A stretch of DNA of 64,000 nucleotides. It comes from Flavobacteriales bacterium (lineage in GTDB: Bacteria; Bacteroidota; Bacteroidia; Palsa-965). The translations under genes and the position numbers were made by a program. Under the pieces are notes generated by a model. The model had not been told where the DNA came from. It made no database searches and was given only the letters and a program-made list of their open reading frames with translations. How positions within the stretch are numbered: the stretch's first letter is position 1; each line of letters starts with the position of its first letter. Positions 48,550 to 59,664 of the stretch are shown piece by piece. The DNA is taken from contig JBEIPA010000012.1 of the NCBI GenBank assembly GCA_040377305.1, positions 32,001 to 96,000 of the forward strand, written 5' to 3'.

Positions 48550-49764
48550 TTATCGGCGAGGAATTGCAATCTCTTCACCGGCAACCGGCTCCTTGCTCTC
48601 ATCACGTTTGTTAAACTCTAAAATGTATTCTTTGGTGATTCCAAATTTGTCCGAAATCGATTTCCACGTGTCGCCCGCAACAACGGTGTAGAAGATTGAT
48701 CGTGCGGTTGAATCTGCTGTCACTTCGGCTTGCGTTACGTATTTGGATGTATCGGTAATGGTCATGCTATTCGGAGGTAAAACATCCTCTTCTAGTCCAT
48801 ACAATGCTGCACCTTTCGCAGGCAATTGTATCGTGTATTTCTTGTTCGAAGTGTTTGCCAGGGAACTATTCAGCAGCCAGGGATTTAATGTTTTGAGAAT
48901 CTTGTAGGTTGTACCGTTTGCAATGGCGAAGGCAGCAAGATCTGTAATCGCAGAATCTACAATTACTTTGTTCACCGGAATGGCGGGATACAAATCTGAT
49001 TTACGCAGATGATATCCATACGCTTTTGGACGTGAAATAATTTCTTTCAACGCAACGATCCGGTAAATGTAACGAGCCGTTTCTTCGTTCAGATACAGAT
49101 TGTAGTAACTATCTGTTTGCTGTTTTGACATGGCTTTGTCGATTCCGCCCATGCCCAGATTGTATGAAGCAGCAGCCATGGTCCAGTTGCCGTAATGCTT
49201 GTATGCATCGAGTAATACTTCGCACGCTGCTTGTGTTGCCTTCTCCACGTTGTAGCGTTCATCTACTTCGTCTGAAACTTCCAGACCATAGTAGTCGGCA
49301 GTGGCTTTCATGATTTGCCAGAATCCGGTTGCTTTCTGTGGCGAAACTGCATTGGTCAATCCGCTTTCAGCAAGTGCAATGTATTTCATATCATCAGGAA
49401 CTCCATTCTGTTTGAGTATGGGTTCGATCACCGGAAACCAACGGGAAGCACGCTTATGTAACAACACCGTTTGCGACTGCCAATACGTGTTCACAAGAAG
49501 TTCACGTTCCATCGCTTCACGTACGGTGAAATCGGTAATTGGAATTTGCTCTCCGCAGAAATTAATGTCTTTCGGAATCGTAATGCCGAACACCTTGTAG
49601 TTCGATGCGAAGTAGGAACGGTAATCCTCATCACTTACTGCATCGTCTGTCGAAAAGTTAAACAACTTGATCATGATCACCAGCAGCATAAGTGCAGGAA
49701 CCGCGAACAGGTGTTTATACCAACGCCTGAGGAAATCAGTTATTTTTTCCGTTCTCTTTTTCAT
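48550..49764 (-). CDS. lytic transglycosylase (SLT) with LysM domain, MltD-like
   Basis: [31 protein letters not shown]; C-terminal YTVVAGDT; start taken at MKKRTE. Confidence 0.88.
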   Translation of the reverse strand: MKKRTEKITDFLRRWYKHLFAVPALMLLVIMIKLFNFSTDDAVSDEDYRSYFASNYKVFGITIPKDINFCGEQIPITDFTVREAMERELLVNTYWQSQTVLLHKRASRWFPVIEPILKQNGVPDDMKYIALAESGLTNAVSPQKATGFWQIMKATADYYGLEVSDEVDERYNVEKATQAACEVLLDAYKHYGNWTMAAASYNLGMGGIDKAMSKQQTDSYYNLYLNEETARYIYRIVALKEIISRPKAYGYHLRKSDLYPAIPVNKVIVDSAITDLAAFAIANGTTYKILKTLNPWLLNSSLANTSNKKYTIQLPAKGAALYGLEEDVLPPNSMTITDTSKYVTQAEVTADSTARSIFYTVVAGDTWKSISDKFGITKEYILEFNKRDESKEPVAGEEIAIPRR

Positions 49765-50833
49765 CCTTCTGAGGAGGTTTTGAATAACGTGTGATTCCGT
49801 AGAGTATTCCGCCAATGATGACCATGTACGCGACAAATCCAGCGATGTATTTCCAGTTCCAGGTTGTGAGCGATTTCTGTATAACAACAATCAACACTGT
49901 TGAAACCATAGAAATGCCACCGTAGGTCATGGCAACCTGACTGTCACTCAATCCAAGATAGGAGAGATGATGTGTAGTGTGGTCTTTACCTCCAATGAAC
50001 GGAGATTTTCTTTTGAGCAAACGGTTAATGACAACGGTTGTGGTGTCGACTATGGGAATAAGGAACCCAATTCCAACGACGATGATTTGTTTCGAACGAA
50101 TAAAATTGTTGTCGATGTCGGGGTGATTCCAGAAATACTGGATTCCGAAAATTGCAAGCACGATTCCAAGAAACTGGCTTCCGGTATCTCCCATGAACAA
50201 ACGGGAAGGATGCCAATTGTAGAAGAGAAATCCAAGTAGTGATCCGCCTACACCGATGATGATGAGCATGTGGGCATTGTAATAATCCTGACTCATGAAC
50301 AATATCAGAAATGCCTGCAGCAAGATGAAGAGTGAAGTGACCGCAGTTATTGCATCCATGTTGTCAAGCATGTTGATGGAGTTCATCATGGCAACAACCC
50401 AGAAAACAGTTAGTAGGATGTTGAGATATTCATTGCCAGTAACCGTGATGAGAAATCCGGTATTCGCTACAATCAATCCGCATAAGAACTGAACTATAAA
50501 CTTCAGCAGTGGTTTGGTGTTGTATGCATCGTCTGCAAGTCCCATGAGAAAGGCAAGCGTAACACTTCCCAGTAAACCCAACATTGCGGTGTCTGTGGGT
50601 ATAAACTTGTAGGGAAAGAAAACCGTGTAACAGGCAATCGAAATCAGGAACACAAAGAAGAATGTAATTCCACCCAATGAGGGTTTCTGCATCGGCGACC
50701 AACGGATCAAATCTCCGTCTGAACGAATTCCCAGGTTTCGGGAAAAGCGCAAAAAGAGGCCGTTAAGCATCAAAGCCACAACGATACTGAAAATGAAAAA
50801 TCCCGCGTAAATCAGGATGTAGTTGCCGCTCAT
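49736..50833 (-). CDS. MraY/WecA-family undecaprenyl-phosphate sugar-1-phosphate transferase
   Basis: PSLGG, GLADD, NSINMLDNMD, FMGDTGS, DHTTHHL. Confidence 0.9.
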   Translation of the reverse strand: MSGNYILIYAGFFIFSIVVALMLNGLFLRFSRNLGIRSDGDLIRWSPMQKPSLGGITFFFVFLISIACYTVFFPYKFIPTDTAMLGLLGSVTLAFLMGLADDAYNTKPLLKFIVQFLCGLIVANTGFLITVTGNEYLNILLTVFWVVAMMNSINMLDNMDAITAVTSLFILLQAFLILFMSQDYYNAHMLIIIGVGGSLLGFLFYNWHPSRLFMGDTGSQFLGIVLAIFGIQYFWNHPDIDNNFIRSKQIIVVGIGFLIPIVDTTTVVINRLLKRKSPFIGGKDHTTHHLSYLGLSDSQVAMTYGGISMVSTVLIVVIQKSLTTWNWKYIAGFVAYMVIIGGILYGITRYSKPPQKDEKENGKNN

Positions 50834-50855
50834 CCGAAGGGTTAAAACTGAAGCG

Positions 50856-50863
50856 CAAAGATA
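50856..50863 (-). promoter_or_regulatory. Bacteroidota -7 promoter box TATCTTTG
   Basis: Exact match 22 nt upstream of ATG 50833. Confidence 0.6.
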
Positions 50864-50953
50864 CGAAATCAGCAGGCAGCGTGTTGAACAGGATTACATA
50901 GTAAACGTAAAGTTGTTCACCACATAACACGCATTAAATCTCTGAAAAGCAGA

Positions 50954-51505
50954 CTATTGAAATAAAAAGGGAGACTCGAAATCTTTCAGCAAACTTCCTT
51001 CGAGGTCTTTAGGTGAAAGAAGTGGATTGTTTACGTTCCAGTCAATTTTCAAGTCAGGATCGTTCCACAAAAGGCAGCCTTCAGAAGCCTTGTTGTAATA
51101 GTTTGAACACTTGTACTGGAAAATGGTGTTGTCTTCCAGAGACACAAAGCCATGTGCAAATCCTGCTGGAATGTAGAATTGAAGATTGTTCTCAGCGGAG
51201 AGAATGATTGTTTCGTGAAGTCCATACGTCGGAGAGCCTTTACGAATGTCCACTGCAACATCCAGTACAGCACCCCGCGTTACACGAACGAGCTTTGCCT
51301 GTGCAAACGGTGGAGTCTGAAAATGCAAGCCGCGCAAAACGTTTGCTTTTGACTCCGATTGATTATCCTGAACAAAGTCATCGTTTATTCCGGCAACGGT
51401 AAAAATTTGCTTGCTAAACGATTCATAGAATGAACCTCTGTTGTCGCCGAAAACTTTTGGTTTAATAATCCGGAGGCCCGGAATCTTAGAAGCAACTATT
51501 TCCAC
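50954..51505 (-). CDS. rfbC: dTDP-4-dehydrorhamnose 3,5-epimerase
   Basis: FGDNRG.FYE, FVQDNQS, VLRGLHFQ, DVAVDIR, IPAGFAHGF. Confidence 0.96.
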   Translation of the reverse strand: MEIVASKIPGLRIIKPKVFGDNRGSFYESFSKQIFTVAGINDDFVQDNQSESKANVLRGLHFQTPPFAQAKLVRVTRGAVLDVAVDIRKGSPTYGLHETIILSAENNLQFYIPAGFAHGFVSLEDNTIFQYKCSNYYNKASEGCLLWNDPDLKIDWNVNNPLLSPKDLEGSLLKDFESPFLFQ

Positions 51506-53961
51506 TATTTCCTTTTTAAAATCCTACTTAGAATTCCTTTAGACTTTGGCTTTTGATCCTCGTCATAATATCCATAACCGTAACCATAACCATATCCGTA
51601 ACCATAACCATAACCGGCGTTGGCAGATTTGCGATCTACATCAACACCATTGAGAACAACTGCAAGCTTGCGCACATTATTTTCATTGTGGAGTCGATCA
51701 ACAATCTGAATGAAATTTTTCCGGGAGTAGTCTGCCCTGAAAATATAAATCGGGTAATCTGCTTTCTGGAAAATGTGAATTCCATCAGTTACTAATCCAA
51801 CTGGTGGGTTATCTACAATAACAATGTCGTACATGCTCTTGAATTCATCCAGAAGCTCATCCATTTTTTTACTGATGATGAGCTCCGAAGGATTAGGAGG
51901 AATTGGACCTGCAGTAATGAAATGTAAATTCTCCTGAGAACTATGACGTATGCAGTTCTCCAGCGAATCGCGCCCGATCAGTAGTGTGCTCATTCCGCGG
52001 TCGTTTGGAACATTAAAGCCCAGGTGAATTTTTGGCTTACGCATGTCCAGATCGACAATGATCACTTTCTTTCCGGAGTAAGCAATAATTCCCCCGAGGT
52101 TAATCGCCACGAATGTTTTGCCTTCGCCGGAAATGGTTGACGTCACCGCTAACACTTTTGACCCCGGTTCGTTATCAATGAACTGAAGATTTGTTCGCAA
52201 TGAACGAAAAGCTTCAGAGATCAAAGACTTCGGATTCTTGTCGACGATAAGCTGCGATACCGGAATTTCATGCTTGTATTTCGGAACAATTCCCAACGCA
52301 CTTACTGAAGCATTTGTGTGGCGTAGTATTTCATTCAGACTGCTGATCGTATCATGGAGCAGGTAACGGATAATTACGAGAATAATACTTACCAGAGACG
52401 CAACAAGGAAGCAGGTAAGAATCGTCGCACGACTTGACGGGCGAATAGGAGTAGTCGGAATGCGCGCCTGTTCCAGGATAACGTGGTTTGCCGTGATTCC
52501 TTTTTCGCTGATCTGAAATTCTGTTTTGCGCTCGAGTAGTAAGTTGAAAAACTTTTCGTTGATGTTGTAAAGTCGCTGAAGTTCGAGGTACTTGAAAGCG
52601 CTATCCATTTTCACGGTACCGCGTTCGTAAGTATAAGCACCCATTTTCTGTGCAATGGCATCGCGACGGATCGTGTTTTGCTGAAGCAACGAGGCAACGC
52701 TTGCCGTCAATATATTTTTCTGCGTTTCTATCTGGAAGTCCAATGCTTTCACTTCCGGACTATCCTTGGTTGCCACGTACATGGCCTGATCGCGTTCATC
52801 AATTAGGCGTGCAAGGTTTGATAGCGGTAGATTCAATGCCTGACTGTTGTCCGTACCTGCGAGTAATGCAATGATCGACTTCACATCGGTCTTTGGATCG
52901 TTCAAACGTTCAGAGACCTGCGAGAGTACCTGTATCTGAAGTTCCAGATCCGTTAACTGTGCTTCAAGAGTACCGTATCTCGAAAAGTTGAACGCCATCA
53001 GTTCCGGATCTTTTTCCGGACCCATTTGCTGTTTGAATTTATCAAGAGAATCTTCGGAAGATTTCATCTTCTCAGTCACCTGATTCAACTGATCATCGAT
53101 AAAAGCCAGAATTGTTTTCGAACTTTTACTTCTGCGTTCAACATCATAATCAATGAACTCGCGTGCCACACAATTCGCAAGGTCGTATGCTTTCTGCGGG
53201 TTGTTAGTTTCAAATGAAATTCGAACGGTCTTTGCTGCTTCGTTCACTAATCCAACGGTTAACTGCGGACCATAGTAATCAGGAAGCAACTCCGGATCAT
53301 TCAGTGTGAAGTAATACTTATTGCTGCCCTCGTCATTAGCAACCATTGAAATTAAACGCACCTGATCGATAGTTACCATCAACGAAACATCATTGAACTC
53401 AACCCACGTGTTGTTCACAAATGATTTTTCAGTAGGAACACCCGACTCGTTAATCGTGATTTTACCGGAGTTATTATCCGCGTTGAATACGATGTCGTTA
53501 CGGCGTCCGTATCCCGCATTATTCTTAACGAGGTAAGTGATGGTATACGGAGACGAGCGATAATGTTCGTTCGTCTTTATGCGCCCCTCTGCGTAGTAAC
53601 TGATCTGCAAGGGAAGCTTGAGCAATGCACGTTTGAGAAACTCTTCCGAACGAATTACCTCGATGAGCGATGCAACTTCATTTGATTCGTCAACGAATGC
53701 TGAATTCATATCAAGCACCTTCGATGAAGTGTTCTCAATATTTATCTGAACAACAGAAGCAGCCTGGTAATAGTTTTGAGAATAACGCAGATACAGCCAC
53801 GAGATTACACCGGCCATTCCCATAAGGAACATGATCCAGATGAGGCTCTTTCTTGCAATGAACATGAAAAGACCGAACTCGAATTCGACACTAAAATTCG
53901 TAAGACGTTCTTTGTAACGGTCAAACGTCTCGTTGCGGTCATTAACCTGCGCCTGTAGCAT
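51505..53961 (-). CDS. polysaccharide biosynthesis tyrosine autokinase (Wzc-like)
   Basis: EAFRSLRTNL, SGEGKTF, DLDMRKP, PPNPSEL, C-terminal (GY)n cluster. Confidence 0.93.
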   Translation of the reverse strand: MLQAQVNDRNETFDRYKERLTNFSVEFEFGLFMFIARKSLIWIMFLMGMAGVISWLYLRYSQNYYQAASVVQINIENTSSKVLDMNSAFVDESNEVASLIEVIRSEEFLKRALLKLPLQISYYAEGRIKTNEHYRSSPYTITYLVKNNAGYGRRNDIVFNADNNSGKITINESGVPTEKSFVNNTWVEFNDVSLMVTIDQVRLISMVANDEGSNKYYFTLNDPELLPDYYGPQLTVGLVNEAAKTVRISFETNNPQKAYDLANCVAREFIDYDVERRSKSSKTILAFIDDQLNQVTEKMKSSEDSLDKFKQQMGPEKDPELMAFNFSRYGTLEAQLTDLELQIQVLSQVSERLNDPKTDVKSIIALLAGTDNSQALNLPLSNLARLIDERDQAMYVATKDSPEVKALDFQIETQKNILTASVASLLQQNTIRRDAIAQKMGAYTYERGTVKMDSAFKYLELQRLYNINEKFFNLLLERKTEFQISEKGITANHVILEQARIPTTPIRPSSRATILTCFLVASLVSIILVIIRYLLHDTISSLNEILRHTNASVSALGIVPKYKHEIPVSQLIVDKNPKSLISEAFRSLRTNLQFIDNEPGSKVLAVTSTISGEGKTFVAINLGGIIAYSGKKVIIVDLDMRKPKIHLGFNVPNDRGMSTLLIGRDSLENCIRHSSQENLHFITAGPIPPNPSELIISKKMDELLDEFKSMYDIVIVDNPPVGLVTDGIHIFQKADYPIYIFRADYSRKNFIQIVDRLHNENNVRKLAVVLNGVDVDRKSANAGYGYGYGYGYGYGYGYYDEDQKPKSKGILSRILKRK

Positions 53962-53976
53962 CGCTTTTGCGAAAAG

Positions 53977-54771
53977 TTATATTCGGGTGAATATCAAATA
54001 CAGCGAGAAGGATGCAGTAATCAGAGAAAGAATTGGTGTCACCTCCTGCAGGGTGCGGCTTGCTATACGTTTTCGAGGCTCTACGTATATCACATCGTTG
54101 GACTGTACCACAATGCTACCTTGATCAACGTTACGGATATCAGATAGATCGAGCCGGTAAACGTACGGGTTAGCAGGGTCTTCTGATTGTCTGATCAACG
54201 AAATTTTATGCGCTTTACCGTTGGCAGAAATTCCTCCGGCTTGTGCGATCGCTTCAAAAACTGTTGTATTTCCTGCAACCAACGGAATAACTCTCGCTTC
54301 TCCGGGACCTCCAGGGAAAACAATAATTCTCCGGCTGGAAACGCGAATAATTACATAGGGCTTTACGTAATACACCGAGTATCTTTCTTCCAAATGAGCT
54401 TCAGCTTCACGAATAGTCATGCTGTCCAGCTTCACAAGTCCGAGGATAGGCAACTTAGCATAACCACGTGCATCAATCGTGTATTCAAAACCTTGACGTA
54501 CAATTGAATTTGATTGTGCATTCGCTCCCGACGTAATCAGATCGACCATTTTGAAACCATCATTAGCGAACAGACGCAACTCGATTACGTCATCAGGCGC
54601 CAAACGGTATTCGGTTGAAAATCTGGCAGAGTCCAACTTCAGCGTGTCAAACACAAAGTTTTTGTCTGCTTCAATCATGATGCTGGGATTAAGCAACCGG
54701 CAACTGTTTAAACTCAACAGCGCAATTGGTGTCAGAATCAGCAGAAATCTCTTAAGTGTAGCTAGTTTCAT
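53977..54771 (-). CDS. polysaccharide export lipoprotein (Wza-like)
   Basis: Lipobox LNSC, EYRLAPDD, G...LPILG, EAIAQAGG, NDVIYVEP; TACCTTTG box at 54793-54800 supports the shorter start. Confidence 0.88.
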   Translation of the reverse strand: MKLATLKRFLLILTPIALLSLNSCRLLNPSIMIEADKNFVFDTLKLDSARFSTEYRLAPDDVIELRLFANDGFKMVDLITSGANAQSNSIVRQGFEYTIDARGYAKLPILGLVKLDSMTIREAEAHLEERYSVYYVKPYVIIRVSSRRIIVFPGGPGEARVIPLVAGNTTVFEAIAQAGGISANGKAHKISLIRQSEDPANPYVYRLDLSDIRNVDQGSIVVQSNDVIYVEPRKRIASRTLQEVTPILSLITASFSLYLIFTRI

Positions 54772-54816
54772 ACAGCGCATGGATACTTGCTGCAAAGGTA
54801 TCAAAATCAGCGGTTT

Positions 54817-56028
54817 TTACGCCTTTTGGGACAACAATCGGGTGTACAAACGCTTCATATCTGCACAAAGACGTTGATAGCTGTAATTCCGGAGAACTTG
54901 ATCTTTCGCGCGGGAAGCCATCGATTCGCGCAAATCAACATTATTAATCAGCTTTTCGAGGTGTTCAGTAAATGTTTTAACATCTCCGGGATCGCAAACA
55001 AAACCTGTTTCTCCATGCTTAACGATATCCTCAACACCTCCAGCCCGGGTGGTTACTACCGGACAAGACGCTGCGTGTGCTTCGATTAAGCTTACTGGCG
55101 TTCCTTCATTCCACGATGTTAATGCTATAATTTCGGATCCGGCAAGTACAGCATCTACTTCACGAATCCACGATGTAAATACAATCTGATCCCGATAAAG
55201 CTCGGTTACCGCAATGCTGTTTAGATAATTTACGTGCTCTTCCAATTCTGTCCGCATTTCCCCATCACCCACAATCAGAAACCTGATTTTGTTGGGTCGT
55301 GTTTCCAGAATTTTGAACGCACTCTCCAAAAACATTTTGTGATTCTTCACCGGCACAAGTCTTCCGATAATTGAAATCACAACATCATCATCCGCAATGT
55401 TCCACTTCGCGCGAAATGCTTTCCGTTTCTCCTCCCGATTCTGTTGAAACCTGTCGAGGTCAAATCCCAATGGGATCACTTCCATTTTTTCACGAGGACA
55501 GATTTTGTGCACATCACACAATTCTGTTTTTTGAATCTCGCTGATTGCTACAATGGCTGTACTTCGTTTTGCGAGATAACGTTCAATCCGTTTAAAAATC
55601 GCAGTGGTGAATCCGCTGAAGTACGAATGAAAAACATGCCCGTGAAAAGTGTGTACAATTACAGGTACTTTTTCTTTGATTGCAGCTAATCTTCCAAGTG
55701 CACCTGACTTTGATGCGTGCGTGTGAACAATATCCGGTTTGAATTCGCGAATGATTTTGCGGATCTCTTTGTAGGCTTTGTAGTCGTTCAGCGGATTGAG
55801 GCTGCGCTTCATGCCGTGAATAATTCTTGGAGCAATGCCAAGATTTTTCACAATGAAATCGGAGTCAGCTTCTGATTCGTCTTTCTCTCCACCAACGAGA
55901 AGTGTTTCATACTCCGGCTCGAGATATTTCGTGAGATACGAAACGTTGTACGTCGGGCCGCCAAGATTAAAGCGGTTGATTATTCGCAGGACGCGGATTT
56001 TGTTCTCAGTTCTCGGTTCTCGGTTCAC
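54817..56028 (-). CDS. glycosyltransferase family 4
   Basis: RFNLGGP, PDIVHTH, HTFHGH, GRLVPVKN, EGTPVSLIEA; start uncertain (GTG 56028 assumed). Confidence 0.9.
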   Translation of the reverse strand: MNREPRTENKIRVLRIINRFNLGGPTYNVSYLTKYLEPEYETLLVGGEKDESEADSDFIVKNLGIAPRIIHGMKRSLNPLNDYKAYKEIRKIIREFKPDIVHTHASKSGALGRLAAIKEKVPVIVHTFHGHVFHSYFSGFTTAIFKRIERYLAKRSTAIVAISEIQKTELCDVHKICPREKMEVIPLGFDLDRFQQNREEKRKAFRAKWNIADDDVVISIIGRLVPVKNHKMFLESAFKILETRPNKIRFLIVGDGEMRTELEEHVNYLNSIAVTELYRDQIVFTSWIREVDAVLAGSEIIALTSWNEGTPVSLIEAHAASCPVVTTRAGGVEDIVKHGETGFVCDPGDVKTFTEHLEKLINNVDLRESMASRAKDQVLRNYSYQRLCADMKRLYTRLLSQKA

Positions 56029-56110
56029 AGCAGGAGTAACTGAAATAAATGTACTTGATATTAATGAGAATTCGTTGAACTGAGCACTGAGAACAGAGCA
56101 CTTGGAACAA

Positions 56111-56743
56111 TTACCAGAGATGTTCCGTCTCACCCAAACCTTGTCGCACAACAGCACATGCACCACCGGCCGCATCAATAATGGTTGAAACCTGATTGTG
56201 GCAATACCCGCCGTTGATTACAAGCTGCACTTCATCGCGATCCTGAAACTTCTCGTAAACGGCATCCGGATCAGCGAAAAATTCTTCGAGCTCTTCTTCC
56301 GACTGATGTGCAGAAGAGGATACAATCGGATTGCCCAACTCTTTCACAATCTCACTCACGATTTTATTGTCTGGTACACGGATTCCGATCGTCTTTTTCT
56401 TGTGCAGAAAGAACTTCGGAACTTTTTGATTCGCATCAAGAATGAACGTGTACGGACCAGGAAGTGCTTTCTTCAGGACACGAAACACTGGTGTCTTTAT
56501 CGGTGTTGTGAAATCCGCCAGATGTGAAAGATCATGGCAGATGATGGAGAAATTCGCTTGCGTCACTGGAATGTTCTTCAGCTTGCACAAATTCTCAAGC
56601 GCTTTTGGTTGCATGATGTCGCAGCCGATCCCGTAAACCGTATCAGTAGGGTAGACGATGATTCCACCCGAACGCAAAATATTCGCAGCACGAATAATTT
56701 GATCGTGATCGGGTTTATCTGGATTGAGATAGATTAAAGCCAT
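56111..56743 (-). CDS. Sua5/YciO/YrdC family (threonylcarbamoyl-AMP synthase-like)
   Basis: YPTDTVYGIGC, LPGPYTFIL, TIGIRVPD. Confidence 0.92.
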   Translation of the reverse strand: MALIYLNPDKPDHDQIIRAANILRSGGIIVYPTDTVYGIGCDIMQPKALENLCKLKNIPVTQANFSIICHDLSHLADFTTPIKTPVFRVLKKALPGPYTFILDANQKVPKFFLHKKKTIGIRVPDNKIVSEIVKELGNPIVSSSAHQSEEELEEFFADPDAVYEKFQDRDEVQLVINGGYCHNQVSTIIDAAGGACAVVRQGLGETEHLW

Positions 56744-56884
56744 CGGTACTTCTTCTACGACTTCGGTAATTTGAAGATTCTAAAATTCGAAGATTTGAAA
56801 ATACCGGGGGTTAATTGGAACGATTAGCCAGCTTTCAACCGGTAATCGAATTTTCAAATCTTCAAATATTCGAATAGATTGATG

Positions 56885-57538
56885 TTATGCGAACTTCTTC
56901 GCGTCAATCAGGAACTGTGCAAGCCCGGTGTCGGTTAGCGGATGCTTCAACAAAGCAGTGATCGCACTCAAAGGACATGTTGCAACATCAGCTCCGATTT
57001 TCGCGCACTCAATAATGTGCATCGGGTGACGAACTGAAGCAGCGAGAATTTCTGTGCGGTATCCGTAGTTGTCGTAAATGGTTCTGATCTCTTCAATCAA
57101 AGCAAGTCCATTTACAGAAACATCATCCAATCGACCAATGAAAGGCGACACATAAGAAGCTCCGGCTTTAGCAGCGAGCAATGCTTGTCCTGAAGAAAAC
57201 ACGAGTGTGCAGTTCGTGCGGATTCCTTTATCACTGAAATAGCGGATCGCACGAATGCCGTCTTTTATCATCGGAACTTTCACCACAATCTGGTTGTGCA
57301 GCTTCGCGAGCTCTTCACCTTCTTTAATGATGGTTTCGTAATCAGTTGCAATTACTTCTGCACTCACATCACCAGTTACGATGTTGCAAATGTCGACGTA
57401 ATGTTTCATCACCGCTTCTTTTCCGGAGATTCCAACTTTAGCCATGAGAGATGGGTTAGTTGTTACTCCGTCGAGCACACCTAATTCCTGTGCTTCTTTA
57501 ATTTGTGCGAGATCTGCGGTATCGATGAAAAATTTCAT
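56885..57538 (-). CDS. fsa: transaldolase / fructose-6-phosphate aldolase
   Basis: [39 protein letters not shown]. Confidence 0.93.
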   Translation of the reverse strand: MKFFIDTADLAQIKEAQELGVLDGVTTNPSLMAKVGISGKEAVMKHYVDICNIVTGDVSAEVIATDYETIIKEGEELAKLHNQIVVKVPMIKDGIRAIRYFSDKGIRTNCTLVFSSGQALLAAKAGASYVSPFIGRLDDVSVNGLALIEEIRTIYDNYGYRTEILAASVRHPMHIIECAKIGADVATCPLSAITALLKHPLTDTGLAQFLIDAKKFA

Positions 57539-57700
57539 AGTTGTGTGTTTTTACGAATGCGAAATTACTCATAGTTCCCGGTTCTCAGTTCCCGGTTTCC
57601 GGTTGAGCGAAGTGCTATTGTCAACAATATTTGAACACAAGTTGAGCGTAATGAGGAGATTCATTCATAATACGCGAAACAGGGATCTGAGAACCGGAAA

Positions 57701-58249
57701 CTACTTGTAGATCTCGTAGTATACGCAGTCCATGAGTATTCCATCATGTGAACGAAAATCGCGTTTCGCCAGACCAATTTCACTCGCATTTAGCTTTTTC
57801 GCAATTGCAACAGAAGCTTTATTCTCCGGCCAGATACGCATGGTGATTTTCTCCAGCTTCAATTTCGCAAAACCCCAATCGGAAAACGCCTTCGCGACTT
57901 TGGTTCCCAATCCTTTTCCGGTGCGCGATTTCTCAATGAAATATCCCATGTCGCATTTCGGTACAGTCCAATCGAACTTGGTGAAAAGAACATGACCAAA
58001 TAATCTTTCAGTTAGTGGATCAAACACACCGCAAACCACAATCAGTCCCGATTTACGCTCGGCTTGTTTCTGCAGAATATATTTTCGTGTGCGCATCACC
58101 GTACTCGTGCCAGCAACCGATAGAGGAAACGTATGTAACAGATCCGCTTGATTTGCCTTCATCATGCGATGCAAAGGATGTGTATCGCCCATTGCATACG
58201 GACGAATTACAAAGTCTGGGGTTTCGAGAACTGGGGCTGGGATGTTCAC
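57701..58249 (-). CDS. GNAT acetyltransferase (RimJ/RimL-like)
   Basis: DMGYFI...GKGLGT, ENKASVAIAKKL; start shortened to GTG 58249 to avoid overlapping the SRP RNA. Confidence 0.8.
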   Translation of the reverse strand: MNIPAPVLETPDFVIRPYAMGDTHPLHRMMKANQADLLHTFPLSVAGTSTVMRTRKYILQKQAERKSGLIVVCGVFDPLTERLFGHVLFTKFDWTVPKCDMGYFIEKSRTGKGLGTKVAKAFSDWGFAKLKLEKITMRIWPENKASVAIAKKLNASEIGLAKRDFRSHDGILMDCVYYEIYK

Positions 58250-58265
58250 GTATGGGCAAAAAAAA

Positions 58266-58364
58266 GTGGGTAAGCTACTCATATCGCACCGCTCAACCAC
58301 CTACCCTTGCTCCCTTCCGGACCTGGGGGATTCAGCAGGAGCTGGTCGTATAAGACTTACCCGG
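58266..58364 (-). ncRNA. ffs: signal recognition particle RNA (small bacterial SRP)
   Basis: Minus strand CAGGTCCGGAAGGGAGCA helix-8 motif, GGGTAAG/CTTACCC closing stem, T run after it, TACTTTTG box at 58367-58374. Confidence 0.92.
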
Positions 58365-58485
58365 CACAAAAGTAGCAAAAGTGTGCAGTTTATCGTGCGC
58401 CGTACACAGTATTTTATTTTCCATGCTGCCAATTACCGTGAACTGCGCACTGTTTCCCTCGCACTGCGTACTTTTAGGTCGCTAG

Positions 58486-59280
58486 ATGATTGAGCCATTG
58501 AATATTCGCACAGTAGATGTTACCCGCTATATCGCACCGTTGCGGGAAGGTGGATCACTGCCTGCGATAGCGGAAGCTGACGATCATTTCAAATACGTTT
58601 TAAAATTCCGGGGCGCCGGACATGGCACTAAAGCATTGATCGCCGAGTTTATTGGCTCTGAAGTTGCGCGGGCACTCGGTTTTCGTGTTCCGGAAGTTGT
58701 ATTTGCCCGCCTTGATGAAGCCTTCGGTCGTACGGAAGGTGATGAAGAGATTCAGGAATTGCTGCGAAAAAGTCACGGGATCAATCTAGGACTTCATTTT
58801 CTTTCCGGCGCCGTTACGTTCGATCCGGTGACGAATAAAATTGATGAGTTAACCGCTTCGAAGATTGTATGGCTGGATGCTTTTCTCACGAACATCGACC
58901 GCACATTCCGCAATACAAATATGCTGATGTGGAACAAGGAACTATGGCTCATTGATCACGGCGCAGCTTTATATTTTCACCATTCCTGGAGCAATTGGGA
59001 AGTTCATGCGAAAAGTGCTTTCGAACTGATCAAGGATCATGTACTTCTTCCATCTGCAACACAAATGCAAGAAGCGGATGCAGCATGCCGCGCATTGTTG
59101 AATCCTGATTTTTTTACCCGGTTAGTAGATGCATTGCCTGAAGATTGGCTGACGTGGGAGGGAAGTGAACTGACGCCAATTGAAATCCGAAAAGTCTACA
59201 GCAATTTTTTAGCAATGCGACTCGCGCATTCTTCCATTTTCACTAATGCCGCAAACGATGCACGGAAAACGCTTGTATGA
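58486..59280 (+). CDS. HipA-family kinase-like protein
   Basis: LREGGSLP, YVLKFRGAG, NIDRT.RNTN, LWLIDHG. Confidence 0.85.
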   Translation: MIEPLNIRTVDVTRYIAPLREGGSLPAIAEADDHFKYVLKFRGAGHGTKALIAEFIGSEVARALGFRVPEVVFARLDEAFGRTEGDEEIQELLRKSHGINLGLHFLSGAVTFDPVTNKIDELTASKIVWLDAFLTNIDRTFRNTNMLMWNKELWLIDHGAALYFHHSWSNWEVHAKSAFELIKDHVLLPSATQMQEADAACRALLNPDFFTRLVDALPEDWLTWEGSELTPIEIRKVYSNFLAMRLAHSSIFTNAANDARKTLV

Positions 59281-59641
59281 GTATGCGGTGATCCGTTATG
59301 TCCCTCGTGTCGAACGGGAGGAGTTTCTTAACGTAGGAGTGATCGTGTTCTGCAAAGACGAGAAAAAAGTACACGTGTTGTTTCATGTCAATGAGGCACG
59401 GCTTCATTCCTTAGCACCGGATGCAGATGTGAAAGAACTCAATGCATACCTCGAAGCATTTGCGGCAACAGCATCGGGTAGGAAGGAAGGTGGACCCATT
59501 GCACGGGAAGATGCTGCGTCGCGTTTCCGTTGGTTGACTGCAGTGCGAAGTTCTTCGATTCAGACGTCGCGTCCACATCCCGGATTTTCAGGTGATACGG
59601 AAAATACTGCTCAGCGTTTGCTGGATGAACTGGTGAAATAA
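59258..59641 (+). CDS. DUF3037 domain protein
   Basis: YEYAVIRYVPRVEREEFLNVG, RFRWLTA.RSS.IQ.S..HPG. Confidence 0.88.
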   Translation: MHGKRLYEYAVIRYVPRVEREEFLNVGVIVFCKDEKKVHVLFHVNEARLHSLAPDADVKELNAYLEAFAATASGRKEGGPIAREDAASRFRWLTAVRSSSIQTSRPHPGFSGDTENTAQRLLDELVK

Positions 59642-59664
59642 ATTGCTGTGTCGCTGTTGGCTTA

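Noticed and set aside
51566-51616. 6-bp repeat encoding (GY)n
   Set aside because: Expected tyrosine cluster of Wzc-type kinases.
58250-58493. ORFs overlapping 58266-58364
   Set aside because: The region is the SRP RNA and its promoter.
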